From Podarcis erhardii (Eukaryota): DNA of 64,000 nt. How positions within the stretch are numbered: position 1 is the stretch's first letter; the number at the start of each line of letters is the position of its first letter. Made by a program: the position numbers and the translations under genes. Where the stretch lies: the NCBI GenBank assembly GCA_964252035.1, contig OZ176208.1; one strand, given 5' to 3'. The notes under the pieces were generated by a model. That model did not search any database and was not told the DNA's origin. It worked only from the letters and a program-made list of their open reading frames with translations. Positions 1 to 12,406 of the stretch are shown here, piece after piece.

Positions 1-251
1 AGAACTAAAATAGCCAATGTATTTATATGTTAGGTTTGTTCACTTGTAACACTAAACCCATAGTGTAGCATGCACATTCGCTCTCCATGCTCTCTCCTGT
101 GCAGCCAGGATCAGGAAAAGGTGGTAAATACTAGCCATGAATTTTGGCTAGTTGGTACATAGGAATCAGATATTAGAGTTTAACTAACCAAATTATGTTT
201 TGAAACAAGCCAGCTTCCTAACCTACGGTTTTAAAGTTGGTCTGTTTAGAA

Positions 252-695
252 CAGGGCTGGCAAACCTGTGGCACACTGACTAATCTTGACCCACAAGGCC
301 ATTTCGCACGCCCACTTGTCCATCAGCTAATATCACTGAGTGAAATCAGCTGCTTATTACAAGGGCAAAGTACCTCCCTCTGTTATCTGTTTCAGCAGCA
401 TGTTCACCTGGTGAGCAGAGAGTTATAGGATCTGGCTGGTAACAGGCATACTCAGCCAAAGCCCTGCAGTACACTTTAAACCACTGATCGGGCTGTTTGC
501 AAAAGGACTTTCAACTATCCCTTGATGGTGCTTTGAAGTCCCAAAAGTGCAGGCTTCAAAGCACAATGCTACCTGATGCCCCTATGACATCAGGTGATTG
601 ACAAGTGGACAGCACTACTCACATGTCAAATTACAACCTCCAGAGGTGGGGAGATAGGGATTTGGTTTACCAGTCAGAAAAATGTCCCCAGCCCA
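252..695 (+). mobile_element. hAT-like non-autonomous DNA transposon (MITE)
   Basis: Starts CAGGGCTGGCAAACC and ends in degenerate CCCCAGCCCA; flanked by 8-bp gtttagaa (244-251) and ctttagaa (696-703), a 7/8 TSD match. Confidence 0.6.
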
Positions 696-1474
696 CTTTA
701 GAAACTAACCAGAGTCTGTTTTAAGCTCCAATCTCTAGCTGATCAGTAATAAGTCAGGTTTCTTTAACACTGGAAGTAAATACTAGCAAAAGCCTTCTCA
801 GGCTGTCCAGCAGAAGCTGAAGGGGTGAAGCAAGAGCCTTTGTTTGAGTTTGTGTACATAGTGCTAAACCACAATTTTACTTTTGCATGTGAACCAGCTC
901 ACTGTGTTTACATCTCTCTCAAGTAAATACTGAACCTTATGTTTCTTTCAGCATGGCTCTTCCATTTACCCTTTAGATTAAAATACCATTTGGCTGCTTT
1001 GCCATCTCCACTTTAATTTTACCAAATCAGACTGTTTTTAACATTCAACTCAGTAAAGTTCTAATGTTTACACCTTTGCTACAAACATTACATGGCCCTG
1101 CACTTGACTCAATATTAAGTTAAAATCCTGAGAGCATTGATGTGCTGCAGAGGAAGTGCAAACTTTACAGCTTTTTAGTCTACAAAGTATTTGAAGACAT
1201 CTTGGATTTTACACCAAAAGAAGAATTCTGCCCATAGAAAATCCTCCCTCTCAGAACCAAGATATACACCACATAAAAACAATCAATAAATGATTGGATG
1301 AGCTGCCAGCACTTCCGTCATATGAACAAGAAACAAAGCCAGAAACACTTCTGAGCTCAGGGCTGGATAAAAGTACACGCCCTCTCTTGCACCTGCATAA
1401 CTGTTCTGGATGCAAAAGCACTTATGGAAACGAACCCTTAACTTATTATTTTCAAAATGTTATAAGATGTTTAC

Positions 1475-1780
1475 CATCCTCCTCTGTGGAAAACCCTTGA
1501 GACTGATAGTGAACCAGATGTGGGTCTGACTCATTTGGTTTGTGCCACTGAGGTTTGCCCACAGGCCTGCTAGATGGAGGACCCTGTGGTTGCTGCTGTG
1601 AAGCTGAAGTCCCAGGGGCTTCACTTGACCGTGCCACCATCCTAGACCTCTGAAGTGCCACGTTGTAATCCGGAGGTTTTCGGGCTGGGTGGGAAACTCC
1701 TTCAGCAAAGTCAGCAATAGGTATTCCTACATAACCAGGCGGGGTTGGTGGTGGTTCACGATAGCGGCCCTCTTTTCGAG
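1475..1780 (-). CDS. RAPGEF2: Penultimate coding exon [11 protein letters not shown]...STEED (306 nt), with PPGY and PPDY WW-binding motifs
   Basis: Acceptor tttactgcag, donor G|gtaaac, phase 1-1. Confidence 0.97.
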
Positions 1781-4051
1781 CTGCAGTAAAATAGTGCATC
1801 ATCAGCAATGATAATCATTTACATATATTTGTTACAACTACTATCTATGCCTGTACTTAGTTCTATTATGTCATAATCTTGGTAGCTCTGATGTGCTTCC
1901 AAGGGAGTTGAACAACTTGGCATTAAAAACAACCACAGTATGGACATGAGGCAGCCCAAAAGTAAAGGCATTTACATTTCACTGAGTCCAAATGGGAGTT
2001 GAGCACATTCTTAAAACTTTCCCATTCAAATCAATGGAATCTAAAACTGTTTAATTCTGGCTGGATTATACAGGCACAGCCATACCAAATACCTATACAC
2101 CTACATATTAATTATATATATATATATTATGCAATTAAAAACATAGACATAAGCAAAGCTGCAAAGAAAAAGAACAAGTGAAATAGAAGATAACTAATAC
2201 AAAACCTGAGCCAATTATAGAAAGCAGCTTGTGATAACACTTAAATTATGTATATAGGGCATGGTGACATCTTGAAAAAGAATCTCAAACTTAGATTTGT
2301 AAAGAACACAGTTGATAAAAAGACACTGTGAAGCATAGACAATATATGACTGTGCTTTCATCTTCTAGCAAAAAAAGAGAAATAGCACTAACCCACTTTG
2401 CATATTGAAGTATATACAGTTCTCTCACTTGAGGTGATATTCTGACAAGATTCATGTTTTGCCTAATTCTCTCAGCATAGTTAAATAAAAATAAAAAGTA
2501 TTTATAGTTCAAATAATAAAGCACATATATTGTGTTCAGGTTCGGATTCTGTACTCCTTCCTTACACATCATTAATATACTTTTAAATGCCTATATTTTC
2601 TTTCCAATGTCTATATTTTCTTTCCAAAAAGAAGTTATCCAAGATGGTTCACAAAACAACATAAAGAATAAATACATGAATTAGCTGTAATAAGTGAGAA
2701 GGAATCTTAAAATCCAGGAAGTAAAATATTTAAGATAAGCCAAAGAAATGTGCTCCCTATTATTGGGGGGGGGGCATGGCAAAAATACGCAACGACTTAA
2801 AAGTGAGGGCAGGAAGATCATTATGTGATCATGTAATCGTGTAGCCCAGGGATGTGAATTTCAGGACAAGGGACTAAATGCAGTCCTTTGGACCACTCTA
2901 GTCAACCCTTGGCCACACACCTCACTGGTTCTGCTCCATACCCATCCTCTGAATGCCTTTGCCTGGTTGGAATATGAACTGTGATCATGTTTCTTGCTTG
3001 CCAAAATGGAGGATGGAGAGAAATCTCTCTGTCTGCATCTGCATGCATACATGTTTGTGTAAAAAGGAAGTAGCCACTGTTATTGATTACTGAATCATTT
3101 TGGTTTGTGCATATAGCTGATGAGTGCTCGAAACGTCAGAGAGAAAGAATAGTGTGAAGTCAAGAATATATCCCAGGGACCGCCAGTCTGTTTAGCCAGT
3201 GTCAGGGAGACATTTCCCCTTTCCCATATTTCTGTTGAAGGTTGTGGGGTTCCCCTTGTCATTCTACACACAAGAATCTGTGACATATACAAACTGGCAT
3301 AAAAAAGTGTGCTGTCAGGAAAGAAACATAGGAAACAGCCTGCATTTCCTAAGGCAGGTTATTAGCCCATCCAGTTCAGTTTTATTGCTAACTGGCAGCA
3401 GCTCTCCAGGGTTTCAGACAGGAGTCTTTTGGCAGCCCAGAAGATGCCGACAACTGAACCTGGACCTTTTGCATGCAATGCAGTGCTCCACTCCAGATCT
3501 AAAGCCCTTTCCCATTTATATCCTGAAATCCTATAGCAAGATTTATTTCAAATCCTTTCATCTCCTGCTCTGTAACACCAGCATCTTCACCTTTTTATAT
3601 CCCTAGACAAGTTTAAATCTGCATTAGTGATTAAGGCATAGAAGAAAATTGTGCTAAACAACTGCATGGAGGTATAGGGCAGAGCACACTAGGGCTATAT
3701 TACTAACATACACACAGAGAGAAAACTGTACCCCCATATTATAAGACATTGGCCTAAGCATATTAACAAACTAGAAAGGAAAAGAAAACAAGAGTTTATG
3801 TTAATGGCTGAAATGTGGGAAGTTCTGAGGCAAGATAAAAAAAAAGTAACTAAAAAATAACAATGGAATATCTGCAGGAGGAAGCATCACTTCAGCACAA
3901 AAGGCTTTACTGAAAAAGCAAAACACAAGTTAAGACTATGAGCTGGCTATATGTTTTGCTTAAAAAAAGATTAAGGAAAAATATTTGTAAAATAAATTCA
4001 TATTTATAGCAAATATGTAGGATACTTTGTGGTAGACAAAGGTAAACTTAC

Positions 4052-4611
4052 CAATAAGACCCTTTGTATTACTTGTTGACACAGCTATATGAGCTGGCAT
4101 GGGAACTGGCTTTGAATCCTCTGCTGTCATAGATGTTATGCTACTGGTTTCAGCTTCAATTGACACATCCTTCCCACCCCTCCGTTTTATGGTACCTGTA
4201 TCACCTTCAGAGTCCTCTCCCCAGTAGCCTGTGGAGGATGCCCAGCTTGCTCTGGACTGTGCTTGATCAAGGCCCTCCCTACCTTGACTCTGCCTGCCAT
4301 ACTTTGTGCCATGATCGGAGAACATCATCGGGTCCATGTGGCTGCCTGAGGCCCACAGTCCTGCCCCATCGCCTGAACTATCGAAATGAGCATGTCCAAA
4401 AGGAAGAATCTCCCAACTTCGCTGGTGCTGTATTGTCTGTATGTTGTCATGGGAACCACTTGAACAAGAAGTCCAGCTGCCACGGCCACTATCCGCTGCA
4501 TCAAGTGATGCTCGATCTCCCTGATCCTGTGACAGCTCCTCAGTGCTAGGAGAAGAAAGCATGGTTGCCCCAGCATACAAGCCTCTGTTCTCTGACAGTG
4601 GTGGGTAGTAG
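4052..4611 (-). CDS. RAPGEF2: Exon [11 protein letters not shown]...NTKGLI (560 nt), contains the DSGRGS beta-TrCP-type degron
   Basis: Acceptor gttcttctag, donor G|gtaagt, phase 2-1; lies within ORF 3960-4706. Confidence 0.96.
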
Positions 4612-6153
4612 CTAGAAGAACACAGGAACAAAATAATTAATAGGCATAAAGCAACAATGTTGCCACTAGCAATTAGAATATCAAACCGCAGTAACAATTT
4701 GCACAAAGCATTTTGTTCAATGTGTAGTACAGATCAGTTAACTCTAAAGACCTGTGCTCAAATTCATATGTTTCAATAGCTGCCAAATATACGTCTAATG
4801 AAATTATTGTGATATTGTGCGCTAACTGAACACTAGATCAGAAGTGTCATTGGGAGTTTTTCAAAGATTTTTCAAATTGTGAATCTGCTAAGAGTATTAG
4901 GAGCATGCATTTCCCCCATTCTTCCCCTAAAATCTCTTGGAGATGCAGGTATATCATCTAATACTTATCAAAATAATTGGGGAAAAGATTTAGGACATTA
5001 GTCACGAAACACTATCTGGAATTGGATATGACAAAAATGTCCCTCAACAAAAAATCAGTGTACATTTAAATGAAACTTTTTACAAGTTCATTTTTCATTG
5101 GTGCTTAGAGGTCTCTTGGTGTCTTAAATTGTGAATTCAGCCCTTTAATATTTAGTGAAAGAATTTGCATTGTATTCATTCTGTGGTAGTATAAACACAA
5201 CTTTTCCCAAATATTGATTCCTTAATTTTGAGAATTATATAAATGTAGTCCCCAGCACTAACATTTTCTAGATTTCCAATTTAACATACTAATTTGCAAT
5301 GTCACCTCCTCTCTCCTTTTCCCTTATTGACAATAATTTACTTTTCTTTGTTCTTCTTGATGCAGTGCTTCTCTAGTCCCACTTGCTGATTCAAGTTGTA
5401 TTTATTATCTTCATTATTCAACAGAATAATATTTGATAAGTTTGAGTGTTTGTCCTTTCCAGTATCTGAACTAAATATTCCTTCCATCTGTTATTTCTTT
5501 TGATTAGCTAATGTTTTAACCACAGTTTCTTATTCAACAAGATAAGGGTTTAAATGAGGTCCCCCATTGATATTTTGTTAATTTTTGCCTAAGCAGTAGT
5601 GTGAGAAACTTGAATTCCATGATTTTACTTGAAATATCTGGGTGCATATTAGCTAGGATTTTAAACAGATTTCCAATTAAAATAAATGTCTCTCCTATCC
5701 TGTAAGTTGCAGCTTCTTTTAAACTAATAAATGTAACTGAGATTTCTCTCAAGCATTCACTAAACACCAACTCAAAAACTTGGGACCATTCTATTTTTAG
5801 ATCCTATTCTAAAAGACACCTCAGTCCAAGCTGATCAAAGTTTGTACAAATGTATATAATTACACAAGCGTTCTTTTAAGAAGACTACTAGGTTTCTCCT
5901 CCCCATTCCTTCTGGAAGACCCCTACATTTTAAAATAAATAACAGGATATTTTGGAAAGATTGGGCCAAGAAAGCATTATGCATTATGGGACACAGGTTT
6001 GCAGTGTTTTGCTTTTCCTTTAAAGGCAGAGTCACTCAAGTGATGCCTTGTAACAGAATACATGTTCCTAAAATCTGCTCATGAGAGAAAAAGCATCTAC
6101 AGCTCTAGAGTAGGCTTTTAATAAATGTAATTACACTGATATGTACTACCTAC

Positions 6154-6379
6154 CCTATACTGTACTGATCTGGTTCAATTATGGCTCTTCGGTCAATCCT
6201 GCCCACTCCAAGATTAGTCTCCACAATGCTGACGGAGTGCCTCTGTCTCCTGTCATCATGTAGTGATACCGGCATGGAGTCAAATGAAGAATTGCTGACA
6301 ATGCTGGATCTGGAAGAAATTTCACTGTGACCAGAGTCTGAAAAGTTATCCACTGTACCACTGGGAGCCAGAGTATAAC
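6154..6379 (-). CDS. RAPGEF2: Exon [10 protein letters not shown]...PDQYSI (226 nt)
   Basis: Acceptor ccctgtacag, donor GG|gtaggt, phase 1-2. Confidence 0.96.
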
Positions 6380-6978
6380 CTGTACAGGGAAAAGTGATTA
6401 TAACCATTTTCATCATAAAATTTTCAGCATTTGTATAAATATTCAAATTATGCAGCCCCTGTACCAAAATTACTTTTTAAATTGTTGTTGTTTTAAATCT
6501 GAGAACAAATAATTTATAAGGGGGTATTTATAGTATCATCTTATTTTTAAGATAGAGAATTTGGGGAGAGAAAACATTAACAGAGGATAATTTAAAGATA
6601 AAAAAAAAATTACTTGCAGTTTCAATAGCTAACTAACATGATTCAAATGGGTTCTACACTGTATGCCTTTGCCATCCATCCAGCCAGGATTGATGCATAT
6701 GGCAAACATAAATGTGGTCTCATTTGTAAAGGAAGCTTCATCATAATTCCAAAAAGAAAATACTTTGCATGAAGATTTTTATTCCACACAAATTGTCTTC
6801 ATCGTGATACCCATATACATTTCTACCCATCCTTGATACTGTGGGAGGCTGCACACATGAATGGTTTCAGCAAATAGGGCTGAACAACTAATATTTAACA
6901 ACATTATGGTTCTTGGCACTTGGATATGTGGATCGTTAGGCTACTTTATCTCCTTCCCCAACTGCATCTGAGAAGGTA

Positions 6979-7050
6979 GGAACATAGGTTGTGCTGAGTT
7001 AGGCTGCAGGTTCATTTAGCTCAGTATGCCTGCACTCAGTATTGACTTGT
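6979..7050 (-). mobile_element. Degenerate 3' fragment of a Squam3-like SINE
   Basis: aacatagg...ttcatttagctcagtat resembles the tail of the copies at 12211 and 41001. Confidence 0.35.
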
Positions 7051-7264
7051 ACTCAGTATTGACTTGCATCAGGATTTCTGACAAAAAATGCTCTAGCTTG
7101 CATACTTAGAATGTGACAACTTTGTGCTTTTAGAAAATGTCTGCCCATGCTAAACCACAACTGACTACATATTTGGCATCTTAACTAGGTTCAAACAGTT
7201 ATCACTAACAATTACAAGAGAGGAGAACTTGTGAGAGGTGAGGAGTATTTAGACCCTGGCATAC

Positions 7265-7417
7265 TTTTCCTTGGAGAGCTCTGTGGCGAGGTGGGAGGAG
7301 AAGATAACTGTGAAGACGCATTTGAAATTGTGTCCTCTGCTTGTTTCTTATGACGATCCAAGCTTCCCTCTTCAGAGAGTGAAAGAATTTTCTTTAAAGC
7401 TTGTGGAGAGTTTATGC
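7265..7417 (-). CDS. RAPGEF2: Exon [10 protein letters not shown]...PQSSPRK (153 nt)
   Basis: Acceptor ctttattgaag, donor AAAA|gtatgc, phase 1-1. Confidence 0.93.
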
Positions 7418-8562
7418 CTTCAATAAAGAAGAAATAACACATCTGATATAAATGCATGCACTTTTTCTTGCATATTCAAATGAGGCCATTCCATGAACCA
7501 CTGATACTACCATTACTATGATATTTTAGCCCACCCTTCTTTTGCAGATCTGAGGGCAGTGTACATTATACACCCACATTTATTATCACAACCCCCAGTA
7601 AGGTTATACTCCAGCCACTCTCCACACCAACGTACAATTTATTCTAAGAAAATAATATGCAATTAATAAAAACAAATTTAAACATAACTATTCAGCCCAA
7701 GTAAAATGTAGATTAGACCAATGTTTCTGTTTTACATTCACTTGGAAAATGTGTTTGGTTCTTAGTTCTCAGCCATTCATGGAAAAACATTGACTACAGC
7801 TAGTATCCCAGGTTATCTCCTCCCTCAGGCCTGCAACTGAGACAGAAACCTGCAGCTTAAACATGTCTGAAGTGCCATTAAATTTAGAAGGTAAATGGCT
7901 ACCTCACTGATTCCATGGTGTTATATATATAAAATCTATGTCTTCAAAGTAAGTATAAATGAAAAAGAGAGTTAAAGAAAATATAGACTCAACAGACATT
8001 GATCACAAGATCAGGAACCATGGTTAAAATTGGATAGGTGTAAAAATGTGCAGTGGATGTCATCTGCTTCAGAGTGCTGTCAAGACTGGGCTTGCATTAG
8101 CAGACCCCAACATAGGAAGAAGAGGAAGATTGGTGGGGACTAGAATCAGAGGTGGGAGGGAGGGGCTCTCTAGCAACTGTCAGCTCCCTTAGCACACTAC
8201 AGTTCCCAGGATTCTTTGGGGGAGGAATGACTTTTTAAAGTGGGATGATACTACGTTAAATGCAAACTATAGATGAGACTTTCGTGTGATCTCTAACATT
8301 GATTCTGTTACACTTTTTAACTGAACCTTCCATTTCCAAAACACAACAGTAATAACAATGTATTGGAACCTGTGTTTTCCGCACCTTTGCTTGCAGTTGC
8401 TCAAGATGCATACCTGTCATTTGTGAAAATACAATCCTGAAACATGAAACTTCCACTAGTAATTTGAAAACATTGTGTTTTTTTAATGCTCTTGAGAATT
8501 TGTTTAACCATTTTAAACATAGAATTGTTTTTCTACTGAACAGAACAATCTGCAATACTTAC

Positions 8563-8748
8563 CAAAGGGTGGAAGGTCTTTGACTGGTACTTTCTTACGA
8601 GAGGGATAAAGTGATACAGCAGGGACCTGCAGTGCTTGGTTTGCTTTGTGCTGCTGTTGCTGCTGCACTTTCTGTTGGATCCCTGACCTATGTGCGACTG
8701 GGGATGTTTCAGGTTTTCCAGACCGTTTTTCCCCTGGAGTCTTGGGTA
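8563..8748 (-). CDS. RAPGEF2: Exon [11 protein letters not shown]...QQQQQ...KDLPPF (186 nt)
   Basis: Acceptor ttcatttaaag, donor G|gtaagt, phase 1-1; the Q-rich linker is shorter than in the recalled human sequence. Confidence 0.93.
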
Positions 8749-9200
8749 CTTTAAATGAAAAAGCAGAATTAAGATTACAGTTAAGACTACCTCAAGAGTA
8801 CTTGATTTTATATTAAACGGTGTCCGGAAGAATGGAAAAGAGATATCCTCTCTTGGTTGAAAAACCTTGGAATTTTTTAGTCCTCTCATTCAGCTATAAT
8901 ATACTACCACAAACTATAGTAAAATGATGCCCTTATCAGCAGTTGGAGAGCCAATTAGGTAATGTATGCCATTTAAGAAACAAGTACCACATATGTCAAC
9001 TGTAATATTGTCTACAATTTGCAATGGCATGGAATAACTTGTTTTCTAGCGATCAGCTTGATTAGAAACGCATACTTCTCTCAATGATGCTGTGGCCAAG
9101 CCTAAGCCTGAGGGACAGTTAAGCTGCAGGCTAAATAAAGATAAATTAACAGCTCATTTGCCATGACTGAGGTGCACACCCAAATAAGAAAAATGCTCAC

Positions 9201-9424
9201 ATGTATTGCTGGCTGGTTCACATTGTAGAGAGAGTGCCTGAAGGCTCTCTTCATCCATTTCCAGATCCAAGTTGGAGAGATACTGCTTGACTTTCCGAGC
9301 CATCTGAGCATCTTCATATAGCTTTTTGGCATTGAGGAAGGAGCTGCGGCGGACCCGCTTTTTATGTCCACCTGTTTGTGCAACATCAAGGACTGCTGCA
9401 TTTGTACTGCCTTGACTGAGAGAC
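9201..9424 (-). CDS. RAPGEF2: Exon [11 protein letters not shown]...CEPASNT (224 nt)
   Basis: Acceptor ttcaccccag, donor T|gtgagc, phase 2-1. Confidence 0.96.
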
Positions 9425-10677
9425 CTGGGGTGAAGAAAGACAAGATGACATGTAACTTAGCTCATCGCTGCATCCTTCAATGACTTGAAACATGCAAAGG
9501 TCTGCATGAATGTCAGTCTATGGTCAAAGCTTACATGCCTCATTCAAGTAAGTCATACAGCTACAATAGGAAAAGGATAAAAATAAAGAACAACAATCAG
9601 TTGCAATTGTGAATATGGATTCATTAAAGTCAGCCCCTGAGAATGACTCTGCTCCAAGTATGAAATTCCATGTTATTGGGAAAATGGTTAAACTCTCTCC
9701 CAGTAGCCTTGAGTATTACAAGGACAGAAATATTAAGGCAGGCTCATGCAGCAAGGTGTCTCAGACCAGTAAACAGTGGTCAAGCCTCCTGAAACTCAAA
9801 ATCCACTACTCTCAAAATCAGGCAGGAAATGTCCACTTTGTACTTTTCAGGTGCCCTTATTAAAACACTTAATTCCATCTGCAATATGCCAAAAAGTCTA
9901 CTGCATTTTCATTTCCCCACTTCCCTCTCCTTAAATAGGACTTCATGTTAAATAAAAACGTTCAATTAGTTAATGAGGAAGCATGCAAATTTGGATGTGT
10001 TTATGTATGGGAGCTATTTTGCTTCTAATATGTTAACAGCAATAATGAGGGCTGGTTTGTAGAAAGAAAATGTAGTTAGTTGAGCTGTTAAAAATCACAA
10101 CATTGGAATAAAATTTGTGGATTTGGATGGTTCTATTAACTTGTGTGATGTATAAATTTACTGCTTATTTTTATCTGAACCACCATCATGTAACCCCATT
10201 TTGGTATACTCTTCCCATTGAGACTGGTTATGTATGTACATATGTTAGGGATAATGCAAGTTGAGAGGCTAATCTGCATAACAGCCAGCCATTGTGCACA
10301 TTCATCATGACTCATGGAGAATGTGCACCTCAACTGTCCATAAAGATAAAATTGTGCATATTTCCTGGCCGATATGCATACTCTCAAAAACATGCATCAT
10401 TTTTCTCAGCGTCATTTTTTACATTCTTTGAGCAATACGCATGTTATCCTGTCACTAGATAATACTCTACAATAGTATGTCCTCTTTTCCATGCTGCTCA
10501 GCTGTTCTGCACAACCAACTGACTCTGGCATCTCTTCTCCACAACCCAGCTGTTTCCCCACTGTTCAGCATGTTAATGGATACATGGGAGGTGAGTGTAT
10601 GCAAATGGACTGGGAGCTGAGGGGTGTATGTGTTAATTCATTCACACAGACGTTCCCAGTGTCTTTATGCAGGATGG

Positions 10678-10818
10678 NNNNNNNNNNNNNNNNNNNNNNN
10701 NNNNNNNNNNNNNNNNNNNNNNNNNNNNNNNNNNNNNNNNNNNNNNNNNNNNNNNNNNNNNNNNNNNNNNNNNNNNNNNNNNNNNNNNNNNNNNNNNNNN
10801 NNNNNNNNNNNNNNNNNN
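10678..10818. other. Assembly gap (141 N)
   Basis: Run of N in the sequence, next to an (ATGT)n tract. Confidence 1.
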
Positions 10819-10843
10819 CTTACACTCTTATGCATCCAAACAC

Positions 10844-10887
10844 ATGTATGTATGTATGTATGTATGTATGTATGTATGTATGTATGT
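10844..10887. repeat. (ATGT)n microsatellite, about 11 units
   Basis: Read directly. Confidence 0.97.
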
Positions 10888-11368
10888 AGTGCTTGTGTTG
10901 GAACAGTGTCCCCTGTGAATTCTGTGTGAATATTCCCAAAGAATGTGGGGGAAAACCTGTCATGAAATGCACATTCCTTGAGGTCTGCTAGAGAATATGT
11001 ATACTTGCTGGATAATGTACAAAATGTTGTTGAGATATGCTTATTCCTTAAGACCACATAGAAAATTCTTTTGCATGGACAAATTATGCCTACTCAACTC
11101 ACATTATCCCTAACATATATGAGGCAATATTATGAATTCTAGATCAAACCAATGAATCTCACTGCTTTGCACTTCTTTAACGTTTCACAGCTCTTGGGTT
11201 TATAACCTCAAGCAAAAGCAGCACTGGATTAAATCTGATGCAGGTACAGAAGGGTTAACAAAAGGAGGAAAATGCCAGAGCACCAGAAAATTAAGGGAAG
11301 CAGGTAGGAAACAATGCAGATTTTCAGAAAAGGAAGTTTGTCTGTAGGTGTTCTCTCCAACCACTTAC

Positions 11369-11392
11369 CCCAAACTCCTCCACTTCTTCTTC
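11369..11392 (-). CDS. RAPGEF2: 24-nt microexon (R)KKKWRSLG
   Basis: cacttgcag|GAAGAAGAAGTGGAGGAGTTTGGG|gtaagt, phase 2-2; the peptide matches recalled human RTRKKKWRSLGSLSQG. Confidence 0.93.
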
Positions 11393-11965
11393 CTGCAAGT
11401 GAGAGCCATGAGTATTGAAGCATGGATTTAAGAAAGAGACAGAGAGATTATAAGATCAGAAAGAAAGGATCAGACTTCAGGACAAGCAGTACCAGAAAGC
11501 CCAGAACAGCCTTCTCTCAATCAGTCAGCATAATACATTAAATAGGTGTCTATAGAGTGCCCATAAGATTAAAGCTCATTTCACATTAAACTGAATTCAC
11601 CTTGGATTACTTACACCTTTAGCGTAAAATAGTGTTCTGGAGTGAATTTTGTTTCTGTCCTCTCTGCTTTTCAGCATTCACATAATATAATTTCCTTTTA
11701 AAACATTTATTCATTCAATATGCATTTCCTATACATTGAACCAAAGGGGATATTTTAACTATCCCAACTGATTCAATGCAAACTCTGCATATATCTATTT
11801 TATCTAAGTAAGAATAAGACTAGTGATTAAATATCTATTATTTCTCTTTTTCTCCATGACCTTTAAACAATGAACGTAACATAAATTACACAATGACAGG
11901 CAAGAGCCATTTCCATCTGTACTGCCTCTTCCTGACGGGGGCATTTGATTGGTTGCAACACTTAC

Positions 11966-11971
11966 CCACCC
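11966..11971 (-). CDS. RAPGEF2: Candidate 6-nt microexon GGGTGG (adds Gly-Gly)
   Basis: Minus strand reads tgtgcaaattaactgattcacag|GGGTGG|gtaagt; phase 2-2, frame-preserving. No transcript evidence available. Confidence 0.5.
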
Positions 11972-12210
11972 CTGTGAATCAGTTAATTTGCACAACATTA
12001 TAATTACAGGCCAGACAAGAGGGGAAATGCATTACTTGAATATTTCTTAAAACTCAAAACTTGCAAAACAATGGCTTCAGCCTAGCAAGTGTATGTGTCA
12101 TAATTATTATAATAGTTTAAGTTTTGAGATTTCTATGATTTTTCTATGAGATTTCTGATGCAGTCTTCAACACTGAACTCTTGAACTGCTTTTCTTGTTA
12201 ATTGCTTTTT

Positions 12211-12406
12211 GGGGAAAGGGCTGTAGCTCAGTGGTAGATCATGTGCTTTGCTTGCAGGAAGCCCCAGGTCCAATCCTTGGCACTGACAGGCAGGGTTGGG
12301 AAAAGAGCCCTGCCTAAAATACTGGACAGCCACTGCTAGTCAGTGTAAGCCGCTCTAAGCTAGATGGTCTGACTCAGTATAAGGCAGCCTCCTATGTGTT
12401 CATATG
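12211..12406 (+). mobile_element. tRNA-derived SINE, Squam3-like
   Basis: Head gggctgtagctcagtggtag (box A) and degenerate box B ggtccaatcc; tail gactcagtataaggcagcctcctatg. Confidence 0.8.

Noticed and set aside
1-1474. Terminal RAPGEF2 exon (EDEQVSAV*) and 3' UTR
   Set aside because: No matching sequence was found by eye; it is presumed to lie left of the window.
4133-4576. Plus-strand ORFs 4133-4549 and 4325-4576, and similar ones at 16421-16714, 13162-13395 and 22581-22838
   Set aside because: They are antisense shadows of RAPGEF2 exons with no recognisable product or splice support.
10491-11057. ORFs of 83-132 aa
   Set aside because: Artefacts of the N gap and the (ATGT)n repeat.
12211-12290. 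tRNA gene-like box A/box B sequence
   Set aside because: The cloverleaf is degenerate and continues into a SINE body and tail; a second copy is at 41001-41160.
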